A program made the translations under genes and the position numbers. From the NCBI GenBank assembly GCA_963555825.3, contig CAUVXB020000001.1, positions 1,248,001 to 1,312,000 on the forward strand: a stretch of DNA of 64,000 nucleotides, read 5' to 3'. Positions 1-10,765 of this stretch are shown piece after piece. Source of the stretch: Alphaproteobacteria bacterium. Its GTDB lineage: Bacteria; Pseudomonadota; Alphaproteobacteria; JAAXGF01. Position 1 is the stretch's first letter. Each line of letters opens with the position of its first letter. The notes below the pieces were generated by a model. It was given only the letters and a program-made list of their open reading frames with translations. It was not told where the DNA came from and made no database searches.

Positions 1-60
1 GCAAGCCTGGGCGATGAATCTGATGGTGATCAACGTCTCGACCCGCAAGTATGCCCGCGG
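1..60 (+). pseudogene. IS256-like transposase internal fragment (window edge)
   Basis: Frame reads QAWAMNLMVINVSTRKYAR, resembling the 'xSTR' region of alphaproteobacterial IS256 transposases; very short. Confidence 0.4.
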
Positions 61-189
61 GAGCTATTGTCAAAAGTTGACGGGGCGGTAAAAAGTTGTT
101 GGCCGATGGCGTGCTTGTACAGGTCTTTGCGGTTCGGTGAAGAATATTTGCCTGTCTCCGCGTTGCTGGTGGATAAAACCTGATATTAC

Positions 190-1311
190 CTACTGTCCCG
201 ATTCCGAAGTTCGCATGATTTTCGCCTGCTGTTCAGCGATTTCGATTGTTCGGAGGCAGAAGCGCTGGATGGCGCCGAGGATGTCATCGGCGGATTTGGT
301 CCATTTGAAGGGTTTGGGGTTCTGGTTTGTCGTGTCGATGTAGTCGAGGATGGTGCGCTCCAACTCCTTGGTGGAGCGATGGACGCCGCGCCTGATCTGC
401 TTGTCGGTCAGCAGCCCGAACCAGCGCTCGACCTGGTTCAGCCAGGAGGCGCTGGTGGGTGTGAAATGGGCCTGCCAGCGCGGCCGTTTGGCGAACCAGT
501 CGCGGATCGCCTTGGTCTTGTGGGTCCCGTAGTTGTCCATGACGATGTGGATGTCGAGATCAGCAGGGACGTTCGCCTCGACGAGGTCGAGGAATTTGCG
601 GAACTCTCGGGCCCGATGGCGCGGGAAACATTTGCCGATGATCTCTCCCGTGGCGATGTCGAGGGCCGCGAAGAGAGAGGTCGTGCCGTGGCGCTTGTAG
701 TCGTGGCTGCGCCGCTCCGCCTGCCCGGGGCGCATCGGCAAGAGGGGCTGGGAACGGTCCAGGGCCTGGATCTGGCTCTTTTCGTCGACACAGAGAACCA
801 GGGCACGATCCGGCGGCGCCAAATACAGACCGACGATGTCGCGGACCTTCTCCACGAAGAAGGGATCGCTCGACAGCTTGAAGGTCTCCGAGCGATGCGG
901 CTGCAAGCCGAAGGCCCGCCAGATGCGATGAATGGTCGAGGGCGCGTGGCCGCTCGCCCGCGCCATCGAGCGAAGGCTCCAATGGGTCGCGTCCGGCGGC
1001 GTCTCTTCCAGCGTCAGCCGGACCGCTTCCGCGATGGCGTCATCGCCGATTTGACGCGGCGCGCCGGGGCGGGGTTCGTCGTACAGACCGTCGAGGCCCT
1101 CCGCCGCATAGCGGCGACGCCACTTGCCCACGGTGTCCGCGCTCGCCTCGAGACGAACGGCGATCTCCTTGTTCTCCAACCCTTCCGCCGCCGCCAAGAC
1201 GATCCGAGCCCGCCGCGCAAGCCCCTGCGACGTCTTGCGACGACGAGACAGCGCCTCCAATTCGGCGCGCTCGTCATCGCTCAAAGAGATCGTCACCGCC
1301 ACTCTCGCCAT
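190..1311 (-). CDS. IS630-family transposase
   Basis: N-terminal [21 protein letters not shown] and [13 protein letters not shown] motifs. Confidence 0.95.
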   Translation of the reverse strand: MARVAVTISLSDDERAELEALSRRRKTSQGLARRARIVLAAAEGLENKEIAVRLEASADTVGKWRRRYAAEGLDGLYDEPRPGAPRQIGDDAIAEAVRLTLEETPPDATHWSLRSMARASGHAPSTIHRIWRAFGLQPHRSETFKLSSDPFFVEKVRDIVGLYLAPPDRALVLCVDEKSQIQALDRSQPLLPMRPGQAERRSHDYKRHGTTSLFAALDIATGEIIGKCFPRHRAREFRKFLDLVEANVPADLDIHIVMDNYGTHKTKAIRDWFAKRPRWQAHFTPTSASWLNQVERWFGLLTDKQIRRGVHRSTKELERTILDYIDTTNQNPKPFKWTKSADDILGAIQRFCLRTIEIAEQQAKIMRTSESGQ

Positions 1312-1371
1312 CAATCGCGCCTCCTAAAAACAAATAGAGACATAATCATATCAATTTATCGATCAGGACAC
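193..1371 (-). mobile_element. IS630-family IS, complete
   Basis: Imperfect IRs CTGTCCCGAT / GTGTCCTGAT, each flanked by TA (191-192, 1372-1373); single transposase ORF. Confidence 0.9.
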
Positions 1372-1500
1372 TAGGAGCAAGTTCCCGCACGCAAGCCAGT
1401 CCTCACTTGATCGCCGGTAGAACTTCCCAGCGCGCTCGGCGAGACCGACCAGGGCGGCGGCGCTATTGCAGCGGTCGTTGGGCGGAGCTTTACTTAAAAC

Positions 1501-1764
1501 GTAACTGCCCAGGTAGCCGATGGCCGAGCGGCTGGATAGGACGGACGGGCAGATTTTGTAGGTTTGATGGACTGAATGCCTAGGTTTTGATTGACAAGCA
1601 GGGGGTGATGCGATTCAAGAATCCAATGAATCGTGAAGCCCTTGCCCTCTTGTCGAAAGACGAACTGATCGATTTGGTGCTGTCTCTGGCGGCACGGCTC
1701 GACGAACTCGAGCGCCGGCTCGGCCTGAACAGCACCAACAGCGGCAAGCCGCCGTCCAGCGATG
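1501..1764 (+). pseudogene. IS66-family (DUF6444-type) left end and truncated transposase N-terminus (ATG 1626)
   Basis: GTAAC terminus at 1501; coiled coil followed by LNSTNSGKPPSSDG; cut by IS6 at 1765. Confidence 0.75.
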
Positions 1765-2570
1765 GATGCTGTCAACTTAACGAAGGCAGGTCGCAGTTGA
1801 ACGTCTGAACTGAGCGGCTCAAGCAGCAGCGGTCACGGTCCGCCACGTGTTCATCGCGTCACCGCGGAATTGGCTCATTGTCTTGCGAGTGATCAGATGA
1901 CGTTGGACATTGAAGGTGTTGTAGATGGCGGCGTGGGTGGAGAGAAACCTTTGCGCCGATCCTGATGACTTGAAGCCCTGCATCCTGCGTTCTCGTTGTC
2001 GAACCGGCAGGTGCGAATTCTCCGCCCGATTGTTGCTCCGTCCGCCGGTAACGTGTTTCCCCGTCATGTTGAGATCACGCAATGCTGCCCCGTAAGATGG
2101 CAGTTTATCGGTCACCACCTTATTCGGCGCATACCCCTGCTTCTTGAGCAGTTTGCGCATCAGCTTGAGTGCTGCTTTCTTGTTCCTCCGGGACTGAACC
2201 AGGATATCCAGCACCTCACCCTCGCTGTCCACCGCCCGCCATAGATACATCCGTTTTCCGTTGATGGAGGAAAACACCTCATCAAGGTGCCACCGGTCGT
2301 CTGGTCGAGGGCGTGATTGTCTCAGTTTTCGGGCATAGGCCTGCCCAAACTTTAAAGCCCAGCGCCGTATCGTCTCGTAAGAAACATCGACACCACGTTC
2401 AGCGAGCAGATCCTCCACATCGCGGTAACTGAGCGGAAACCGGAAACACAGCCAGACGGCGCGCTGGATTATCTCTGCAGGAAACCGATGTCGGCGGTAG
2501 CTGATCTTGTTCATAACAGGAAGCTACTCGCCACCCGCAGCTGACACCAGCCAGTTACCGTGACAGCACC
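1765..2570 (-). mobile_element. IS6-family IS (copy of 56019-56824)
   Basis: 806 bp, GGTGCTGTCA IRs; the end at 1765 has a G>A change (GATGCTGTCA); no target duplication. Confidence 0.95.
1819..2514 (-). CDS. IS6-family transposase
   Basis: YRRHRFP, WHLDEVF, LWRAVD, VTDK and NNRAENSH motifs. Confidence 0.95.
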   Translation of the reverse strand: MNKISYRRHRFPAEIIQRAVWLCFRFPLSYRDVEDLLAERGVDVSYETIRRWALKFGQAYARKLRQSRPRPDDRWHLDEVFSSINGKRMYLWRAVDSEGEVLDILVQSRRNKKAALKLMRKLLKKQGYAPNKVVTDKLPSYGAALRDLNMTGKHVTGGRSNNRAENSHLPVRQRERRMQGFKSSGSAQRFLSTHAAIYNTFNVQRHLITRKTMSQFRGDAMNTWRTVTAAA

Positions 2571-3342
2571 GTCGAAGGAGTTCTGCCGGCGCATCGGCTG
2601 GTTCAAGCCCGACGGCGGCCTCAAGGACATGATGGCCAGGGTCGCCATGCTGGCCATGCACAGGGACGGCCTGATCGCCCTGCCGGCGCCGCAGGGACGG
2701 CAGAACCGGCCCGGGCCGATCGTCTTCGGGCCGGACACCGAAGCGCCGCTGTTCCCGGCCCCGACGACCCTCGACGAGGTCCGTCCGCTCGACCTGCGCC
2801 CCGTCGTGCGCGGCACCCGGGAGAGCAAGCTCTGGAACGAGTTCGTCGCCCGCTACCACTATCTCGGATACAAGACCCTGGTCGGCGCCCAGATGCGCTA
2901 CGCCGTCCACGACCGCGACGGCTGGCCGCTCGCCATGCTCGGCTTCTCCACCGCCGCGTGGAAGCTCGCCCCGCGCGACAACTTCATCGGATGGACACGG
3001 CAGAAGCGCGAGAAGAACCTTCCCTTCGTGGTCGACAACCCGAGATTCCTGATCCTGCCCTGGATCAATATCCCCAACCTGGGTTCGCACATCCTGGCCA
3101 TCATCCGCCGGCGCCTGCCCGATGACTGGACCGAGCGCTACAACACCACGCCCGTGCTCATCGAGACCTTCGTCGAGACCCCGCGCTACACCGGCGCCGT
3201 TTACAGGGCCTCCGGCTGGACCCGCGTCGGGACCACCCAGGGGCGCGGGCGCTACGACCGGGACAGGCAGTCCGACAAGCCTAAAAAGGATGTCTGGCTC
3301 CGGCCCCTGCGACGGGATTGGAAACGCACCCTCAATCGCTAA
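2571..3342 (+). pseudogene. DUF4338 (DruA-related) domain protein, N-terminally truncated by IS6
   Basis: WNEFVARYHYLGY, RDNFIGW, NPRFLILPW, ETFVE and YRASGW motifs; followed by IS66-like end GAACGAACGCTTAC (to 3401). Confidence 0.8.
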
Positions 3343-3401
3343 AATCGGCCGGGGCGAATGGAAACGCCCGCGCTGATTCCACGGCCTGAACGAACGCTTA
3401 C

Positions 3402-3631
3402 CCTTGGCGAAGGTGCCGTCCACAAGATTAGTCCCATCCCCGTCCTGTGATGGTCCATGTATACAGCATTGTGGCAAGCCGGATCGGAGCTGCCGGATAT
3501 AAGGTGATGCGATCACTCGCACGAAACACGGAACTCATCGCAAGACCCGCCCATAGCACATGAGTTGGAGGAAAAGGAGAAATGACAATACGGCGGCTAA
3601 TTAAACCGCCTTGACAGCAAACGCCTCATAT
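3402..3631 (+). ncRNA. IS1111/IS110-type right non-coding end, putative bridge/seek RNA remnant
   Basis: Internal CCACAAG and CCTT match the flanking istA target; internal ATATAAG matches the element end; TTGACA at 3611 near the terminus. Confidence 0.6.
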
Positions 3632-4285
3632 AAGGAGACCATCGGCGAGCGTCTCGAGCGGGATCGTCAAGTTCTCTTGCCATTGCCGCCTGCTCCCTAT
3701 GATGCCTGCGATAAGCGCCCTGGACGGGCGAGTTCGCTGTCGCTGGTGCGTTACCGCAGCAACGACTATTCCGTGCCCGTGGCCTACGGCCACCGTGAGG
3801 TGCTCATCCGGGGCTACGTCGATGAGGTGGTGATCAGCTGCGGGGCCGAGGTGATCGCCCGGCACCGCCGGTCCTACGACAGCGAGGACCTGATCTTCGA
3901 CCCGCTGCATTACCTGCCCTTGATCGAGCAGAAGATCGGCGCCCTCGACCAGGCCGCGCCATTGGCGGGCTGGGACCTGCCCGAGGCCTTCATCACTCTG
4001 CGGCGGCTCCTCGAAGCTCGTATGGGCAAGGCAGGCAAGCGCGAGTACGTCCAGGTGCTCCGTCTACTGGAGACCTTCCGGCTCGAGGAGGTCGAGGGTG
4101 CGGTCGGCGACGCCCTGCGGCTCGGCGCAATCGGCTTTGATGCGGTGAAGCACCTGGTACTGTGCCGCATCGAGCGGCGGCCGCCCAGGCTCAACCTCGA
4201 CGTCTATCCGTATCTGCCGCGCGCCCGGGTCGCGATGACGTCCGCCAAGTCGTACATGAGCCTGCTGTCGGGGCTCGGCGCATGA
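3632..4285 (+). pseudogene. istA: IS21 transposase IstA, 3' part only
   Basis: Identical to the C-terminal part of 17520-19019. Confidence 0.9.
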
Positions 4286-5046
4286 CCGACACACCGCAAG
4301 TGCTGCTCGCCCACCACCTCAAGACGCTGAAGCTGCCGACCTTCCTGCGCGAGTACGACAAGATCGCCCGGCAGTGCGCCTCGGAAGGCGTCGATCACGT
4401 CCGCTACCTGTTGAGACTCGCCGAGCTCGAGCTGATCGACCGCGAGCGCCGCATGGTCGAGCGGCGCATCAAGGCGGCGCGCTTCCCCGTGGTCAAGAGC
4501 CTCGACAGCTTCGACTTCAAGGTCATCCCCTCGCTCAACAAGGCGCTGGTCCTGGAGCTGGCCCGCTGCGAGTACATCGAGCGCCGCGAGAACCTCATCG
4601 CGCTCGGCAACAGTGGGACCGGCAAGACCCACATCGCCCTCGGTCTCGGCCTGGCGGCCTGCCAGAAGGGCCTCTCGGTCGGCTTCATCACCGCCGCCGC
4701 GCTGGTCCACGAACTCATCGAGGCCCGCGATGACAAGCAGCTGCTGAGGTTCCAGAAGAAGCTCGCCACCTACAAGCTTCTGATCGTCGACGAACTCGGC
4801 TTCGTGCCGCTGTCGAAGACCGGCGCCGAGCTGTTGTTCGAGGTGTTCAGCCAACGCTACGAGCGGGGCTCGACCCTGGTCACCACCAATCTGCCCTTCG
4901 ACGAATGGACCGAGGTGTTCGGCTCCGAGCGCCTCACCGGCGCGCTCCTCGATCGCCTCACCCACCACGTCAACATCCTCGAGATGAACGGTGACAGCTA
5001 CAGGCTCAACCAGAGCCGCAGGCGTCAAACCCCGACTGCTAACTGA
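4282..5046 (+). CDS. istB: IS21 helper ATPase IstB
   Basis: Walker A GNSGTGKT, LLIVDELG, LLDRLTHH; ATGA overlap with istA. Confidence 0.95.
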   Translation: MTDTPQVLLAHHLKTLKLPTFLREYDKIARQCASEGVDHVRYLLRLAELELIDRERRMVERRIKAARFPVVKSLDSFDFKVIPSLNKALVLELARCEYIERRENLIALGNSGTGKTHIALGLGLAACQKGLSVGFITAAALVHELIEARDDKQLLRFQKKLATYKLLIVDELGFVPLSKTGAELLFEVFSQRYERGSTLVTTNLPFDEWTEVFGSERLTGALLDRLTHHVNILEMNGDSYRLNQSRRRQTPTAN

Positions 5047-5199
5047 ACCGACCACCCAGCCCACGCTTGACCCCGTGGGCCCACAGGTCCCTCCCGCGCG
5101 CGCCGCCGCGTCAGCCTGTTGAGGGCACGCCGCGTCGCGCGCGGGGCCCTCCCGTGGACTACGGGGACAAGCCCGCAGCCGCCAAGCGGTCCCTTCTTA

Positions 5200-6375
5200 T
5201 ACCAGTGAGCGCCTGAATTGACTCTCGGGATATTCATTGATGGCGGATGATGGCGGATTGTGATTCTATGGTCTCCCACCAGATGTGGGGGATGTCATGG
5301 GATCAGCACTCAAGATACGGGATGATTTGACGCCTTTGGAGCTTCGGCGCTGGGCTCGCGTGGAATCGTACGGTCGAGCGGCGGCGCGGGCCTATGGGAT
5401 CGCGAATGCTTTGGAGGAGATGCCCCGGGCTGATGCCGCGCGGCTTGCGGGGATGGATCGCCAAACGCTTCGCGACGCGGTTGTTCGTTACAATGCAAAG
5501 GGATTGGAGGGGCTTCACGACCGTCCAAAGGGCTACTCGCCGCGGCGGCTGACGGCAGACGAGGAAGCGGCGCTGGCGGCGGTCATCATCGCCGGGCCGG
5601 AGCCTGAGCGCGACGGGGTTTGCGCCTGGACCCGGGCCGATCTGTGCCGCTGGCTGGAGGAGCGCTTCGCCAAGACCTACCACCCCTCGAGCATGACCCG
5701 GGTTCTACGGCGGATGGGATTTTCCCGCCAGAAGGCGCGCCCGAGCCACCCGCGAAGGGACGCCGAAGCGCAGGAGCGCTTCAAAAAAGGGGGCTTCGCG
5801 ACATCCTGAAGGCGACCGCCGCGGCGCATCCCGACAAGCGCCTACAGCTGTGGTTTCAGGATGAAGCGCGCGTCGGCAACAAGGGCCGGGTGTGTCACCG
5901 GTGGTGGCGCAGGGGCGAGCGTGCCCCCGGGACGCGTCAAATCGGCTACCAGTGGGCCTACATCTTCTCCGCCGTGCGCCCGGACACCGGCGACGACGTC
6001 ACCCTGGTGATGCCGAGCGTCAACGCCAAGGTCATGGACCTGTTTCTCGCACACTTCGCCGATACCCTGGACCAGGATGCGCACGCCGTCATGATGTGCG
6101 ACGGCGCCGGTTGGCACGACGAGCGCGCCCTCACCGTCCCCGACAACGTCACCTTGGCGCTGTTGCCGCCTTACAGTCCCGAACTCAACCCCGTCGAGCG
6201 GGTTTGGCTCTACCTACGCGAACGCTTCCTATCGCTCCGCGTCCTCGACGACACCGAGGCCATCATCGACGCCTGTTGCCAAGCATGGATCGACCTCATC
6301 GCAGAACCGGATCGTATGCGAACCCTCTGCGCCTATCCATGGATCATGAAGGTGATTTCATAGGCTCACTGGTAT
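5200..6375 (+). mobile_element. IS630-family IS inserted in the IS21 right end
   Basis: IRs TACCAGTGAGC / GCTCACTGGTAT with TA duplication; removing it restores CTTCTTACACCG of the intact IS21. Confidence 0.92.
5297..6363 (+). CDS. IS630 transposase, two ORFs joined by a probable programmed -1 frameshift
   Basis: HTH ORF to 5809 plus FQDEAR...DGAGWH...PELNPVE ORF; slippery AAAAAAGGGGG at 5783-5793. Confidence 0.9.
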
Positions 6376-6524
6376 TACACCGCCGAGGTGGTCCCTTTTT
6401 GCTCCGCCATTGACACCTGTCTTGAGTGAGGTTCGAAACCCCAAATCTCAACACAGGACAGACCCGCCCCGTTACCCCGAAGACCGCCCCACCTGTCGCT
6501 ACAAACTACCGCGAGAGCGGTTTA

Positions 6525-7692
6525 TACCAACGGGCATTAATCAGAACCCATGGGCCCATTTTCGGCGTCCGATCGACATGATCTTCCAGGGTTGATCGAT
6601 GAGCCTGTTCCAGGCTTCGCAACACAGCGCGACGATATCGTCGTAGGTCTTGAATATCCTGTTGGAAAGCCAGTTATCGCGCATGAACTGCCATATGTTT
6701 TCGACGGGGTTCAGCTCGGGCGCTCTTGGTGGCAAGAACATCAATGTGATGTTGGATGGGATCTCGAGCCTGCCGGTGGTGTGCCATCCGGCCCGGTCGA
6801 TGATGAGTACAGCGTGAGCGCCTGGTGTCACCAGGGCCGAGATTTCATCAAGATGCCATTGCATGGCCTGAGTGTTGCAGCGGGGCAGGACAAGGCCCGC
6901 ACCGACACCGCGCGCGGGACAGATGGCACCAAAGATATAGGCCGACTTCGTGCGTTGGTCCCGGAGCGCCGTGGGTCGGCTGCCGCGTCGCGCCCAGCGC
7001 CGGGTGAGCATGGTTTTCTGGCCGACCCGGGCCTCATCTTGCCACCAAATTTCTATCGCGGTGTTGGCCGGGAGCCTGGCTCGGATCTCCCCCAACCCGG
7101 CGGGGAAGTTTTTTTTAAATCCTCGACGGCAAACTCGTTCTGCCCCTTGTGGCGTGGTCGCGCCGATATCTTGCGAAACCCCAGCGCCCTCAATTCACGG
7201 CCCACCGTCGTCTCATCAACCGAAATGCGGAACTCTTCGAATATCCAATGCGCCAGGTCCTTTCGGCGCCAACGCACGACACCGTGGATCGCCGGAATCG
7301 GTCCGCTCTCAACAAGCCGAGCGAGCGCTTGTCGCTGCCTGTCATTGAGCTTGGCCGGCTTGCCTGTCGCCTTGCCGTCAATCAGACCATCCGGCCCCTT
7401 GGCGTTGAAACGGAGAACCCAGTCACGGACCACCTGGAGCCCGACAGTACCGATCCGCGCCGCCTCCGTGCGACGGCCACCATCGTAAATCTCAGCCAGC
7501 GCAAGAAGCCGCCGGCTCTGTCCAGCATCCTTCGACGCCTTGGCTAACCGCCGAAGCGCCGGACCATCAAAATCTTCCCGTAACGCAACCGCTCTGCCCA
7601 TAGCGAACCTCCGTATCAGTTCGCCTCATTGATTCAGACTTCTTGCCGTTTGGGAATCCCCTAAATGAGTCTCCTTCAATGCTCGATGGTAT
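6525..7692 (-). mobile_element. IS630-family IS
   Basis: TA-TACCA...TGGTAT-TA ends. Confidence 0.9.
6541..7601 (-). CDS. IS630 transposase, frameshifted at TTTAAAAAAAA (7109-7119)
   Basis: WQDEARVG, DRAGWH and PELNPVENIW motifs; upstream HTH ORF 7053-7601. Confidence 0.9.
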
Positions 7693-7803
7693 TAGTCCGT
7701 TGACCCATCTCGGACATTCAGCGGGGTGTGCGGTTCAATAAGCGAATACGGAAATCCAGGGGGGCTGTTGCAACACATCCCCGGTTGATAGCCTGGCCTA
7801 CGC

Positions 7804-9855
7804 TTACTTGGCGGCGACTGCGTTCGATGCCTTCTCCTGCGCACCATGCAACTCATTCAAGGGAATGTGACAGCGGATCGCGTGGCCAGACTCCGTGGGC
7901 TGCCAGGGCGGTATCTCCGTGTCGCAGATCGTGCCAATGCGCCGTGGGCAGCGGCGTTGAAATGGGCAGCCCCTGGCTGGCGGGAAGAGGTCCACCGTGT
8001 CCTCGGCGGCCAAGGTCGGCTTGGTGTCTGGATCGGGCTCCAATACCGCGCCGATCAGCACTTCGGTGTAGGGATGGGAGGGCAGGCGATAGACTGCCGG
8101 CGAGGGGCCGATTTCGCACAGCCGGCCCTGGTAGAGCACCGCCACGCGATCGGCCAAGGCACGGACCACCGCCAAGTCATGGGAGACAAAAAGATAGGTC
8201 GTCCCTCGATCGGCCTGAAGCTGGGTCAACAGGTCGAGGACGGCGGCCTGAACCGAAACATCGAGAGCCGACGTCACCTCGTCGCACAGCACCAGTTCGG
8301 GCTCGGCGGCGAAGGCCCGGGCCACGGCGACACGCTGCTTCTCGCCGCCGGACAACTGGCTCGGCAGGCGCTCGAGATAGTCTGCGCGCAAGCGCACCTG
8401 ATCCAACAGCGAGACGCTGCGCGCGTGCAACTCGTCACCATTAAGACCGAAATAGAGCCGCAGCGGCAGCGCCAGGATTTCGGCCACCGTATGACGCGGA
8501 TTGAGGGACGCATCCGGGTTTTGGAAGATGAGCTGAACCCGTCTCAGGAGATCCTTCGCCCGCTCATCGACCGGCGCATTGAGACTATTCGTTCCATCAT
8601 AGGTGATGGTTCCGTCGCGCAGCGGCAATAGGCCGGCAATGGCCCGAAGGATCGTCGACTTGCCGCTTCCGGATTCGCCCACCAGCCCGACGGTCTCCCC
8701 TCGGCGAATTGTCAAATCGATCTTGTCGATGGTTGGCGTCACATCGGGTTGCCGGCCCAGAATCTGGTCAACGATGCCGGGCTTGGCATAGCTGATAGAC
8801 ACGTTATCGAGTCGAAGGATGCTGTCCGTTTCGTCCAGGCTCGATCGGTCGGGCCGTTTCGGCGGTTCCGGTGGTGGGAGTTGCTCGACCCGTTCGTGGA
8901 AATGGCAGCGCACAATTTCATGGACGGCGGTGGGTTCCAGCGCCGGTCTTTCGTCCCGGCAGCGTTGCTCCGCCATGGGACAGCGGTCGGCAAAGCCGCA
9001 TCCCTGGCCAGCCCCGCCGGGAGGCGGAGGCCGTCCCGGCATCGAGGCGGGCACAACCGCCTCCTTCAACCTGGGAATCGACATGAGCAGCCCGCGGGCA
9101 TAGGGATGCGCGGGCTGCTTCAACACCCGGCGCGCTGGACCCTCGAGAACGAGTTCCCCGGCATACATGACGGCGATACGGTCGCTGACCCGCGCAATGG
9201 CGCCCAGGTCATGGCTGACATAGACCATCGCAGTCCCGGTCTCGGCCGCCAAATCGCGCAACAACTCGAGGATGTGGGCTTGAGTGGTCACGTCGAGGCC
9301 GGTCGTCGGCTCGTCGAGCAACAGAACCTTGGGCTCGCCCGCCAACGCCATGGCGATGGCGACGCGCTGTTGCTGACCGCCCGAGAGCTCGTGGGGATAG
9401 CGCTTCAGCATGTCCTCCGGTTGGGGCAACCGCACCTGCAGCAACAATTCGATAACGCGTTCACGCCGCTGCTCTATTGCCAGCCTGGTGTGCAGTTTCA
9501 CCGCCTCGTCGATCTGCCGGCCGATCCTCGAAGTCGGCGTCAACGACTGGCCGGCATTCTGTGGAATCAGGGCGAGATCGCCGCCGCGAATGCCTTCGAG
9601 AGCACTCTCGTCCATGTCGAACACATTGCGCCCCCGAAATAGGGATTCGCCTTCCAACACGCGCAGACCGGGTTTCAGGTAGCCCATCATGGCCAGAGCC
9701 AGGGTGCTCTTGCCGCAGCCCGACTCCCCAACCAGTCCAACCGTCTCGCCCTTGCCGAACGTCAGATCGATGTTCCGCAGGATCGGCAGCGTGACCTCCG
9801 CCTGGCTGGTAAAGCCAACACAGAGGTTTTCCACTTCGACCAGTGGATCGTCCAT
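7804..9855 (-). CDS. Dipeptide/oligopeptide ABC transporter, fused double ATPase (DppD/DppF-like)
   Basis: Two GESG(C/S)GKST Walker A motifs, two LSGG signatures, HPY and Cys-rich C-terminal motifs; start MDDPL. Confidence 0.92.
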   Translation of the reverse strand: MDDPLVEVENLCVGFTSQAEVTLPILRNIDLTFGKGETVGLVGESGCGKSTLALAMMGYLKPGLRVLEGESLFRGRNVFDMDESALEGIRGGDLALIPQNAGQSLTPTSRIGRQIDEAVKLHTRLAIEQRRERVIELLLQVRLPQPEDMLKRYPHELSGGQQQRVAIAMALAGEPKVLLLDEPTTGLDVTTQAHILELLRDLAAETGTAMVYVSHDLGAIARVSDRIAVMYAGELVLEGPARRVLKQPAHPYARGLLMSIPRLKEAVVPASMPGRPPPPGGAGQGCGFADRCPMAEQRCRDERPALEPTAVHEIVRCHFHERVEQLPPPEPPKRPDRSSLDETDSILRLDNVSISYAKPGIVDQILGRQPDVTPTIDKIDLTIRRGETVGLVGESGSGKSTILRAIAGLLPLRDGTITYDGTNSLNAPVDERAKDLLRRVQLIFQNPDASLNPRHTVAEILALPLRLYFGLNGDELHARSVSLLDQVRLRADYLERLPSQLSGGEKQRVAVARAFAAEPELVLCDEVTSALDVSVQAAVLDLLTQLQADRGTTYLFVSHDLAVVRALADRVAVLYQGRLCEIGPSPAVYRLPSHPYTEVLIGAVLEPDPDTKPTLAAEDTVDLFPPARGCPFQRRCPRRIGTICDTEIPPWQPTESGHAIRCHIPLNELHGAQEKASNAVAAK

Positions 9856-9863
9856 CGCGGACT

Positions 9864-10760
9864 CTAGACCGGCGCCTTTTGGGCTCGATCGATACCCAAG
9901 GCCTTGGCGAGCGCGTCGGCGCTCAAGTTGATCCCGATAATCAGCGAGCTGAGCGCAACGACGGGGGCCAGCGCCGTCCACGGCGCGTACGACATGATGC
10001 TTCGCGCATCGGAAATCATCAGGCCCCAATCCGGCGTGGGCGGAGTGACGCCGAACCCGAGAAACGACAGCGAACTGAACGCCAGCAACATCCATGACCA
10101 ACGCATGGCGCCTTCGACCAGCAGGACGTCGAGCACGTTGGGCAAGAGCTCGCGCACGACAATCGTGGACCGGCTCTCGCCTCGCGCTCGGGCAGCCGTC
10201 ACGAAGTCGAGGGCCACCACATCATGCGTCGCCGCGCGCGCCATCCGTATCACCGGGATGCCGTAGAAGAATCCCAGGGTGAGAATCAGCACGCCGGGGC
10301 TGAAACCGACCATGACAACGATTAAGAGTAAGACCAGGATCCATGGCAGGGAGAGAAAGGCATCGACGAGACGCATCAGGAGCTCGTCGAGCCGCCCGCC
10401 GACGAGGCCCAGCAGAACGCCCAACAATCCACCCCAGGCAATGGCGAGGACCGTGGAAATGGATGTCACGAGTAACGCCTGTCTACCCCCGAGCAGGGTG
10501 CGCGTGAAGACGTCGCGTCCAAGGTTATCAGTGCCAAACCAGTGCTCGGAGGAGGGCTCATCGAGGATGAGCTGAGCGCTGATCTCCTTGAAATCGTACG
10601 GCGCGATCGCCGGCGACACGATCGCCAGGACGATGTGGAAAGCCACGAGAATGAGACCCACGAGGCCAGAAGGCCGAGAGACCACCGCCAACAGGACAGT
10701 CAGCAACCTGACGAACACACTCTTCGGTTTGACGGGCTCTATGTTTGTCGTCACTGTCAT
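9864..10760 (-). CDS. ABC transporter permease (DppC-like)
   Basis: HWFGTDNLGRD, AARARGES, PTPDWG; multiple TM helices. Confidence 0.93.
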   Translation of the reverse strand: MTVTTNIEPVKPKSVFVRLLTVLLAVVSRPSGLVGLILVAFHIVLAIVSPAIAPYDFKEISAQLILDEPSSEHWFGTDNLGRDVFTRTLLGGRQALLVTSISTVLAIAWGGLLGVLLGLVGGRLDELLMRLVDAFLSLPWILVLLLIVVMVGFSPGVLILTLGFFYGIPVIRMARAATHDVVALDFVTAARARGESRSTIVVRELLPNVLDVLLVEGAMRWSWMLLAFSSLSFLGFGVTPPTPDWGLMISDARSIMSYAPWTALAPVVALSSLIIGINLSADALAKALGIDRAQKAPV

Positions 10761-10765
10761 GGTCG

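Larger units (their letters stand above)
3632..6415 (+). mobile_element. IS21-family IS, 5'-truncated, right end interrupted by IS630
   Basis: Matches the copy at 17402-19971 from AAGGAGACC onward; ends CCATTGACA. Confidence 0.95.

Noticed and set aside
2571-3342. Druantia defence system
   Set aside because: Only a truncated DUF4338 gene; no DruE helicase or other dru genes
9856-10101. N-terminal extension of the ABC ATPase
   Set aside because: Overlaps the permease in another frame; the start at 9855 fits
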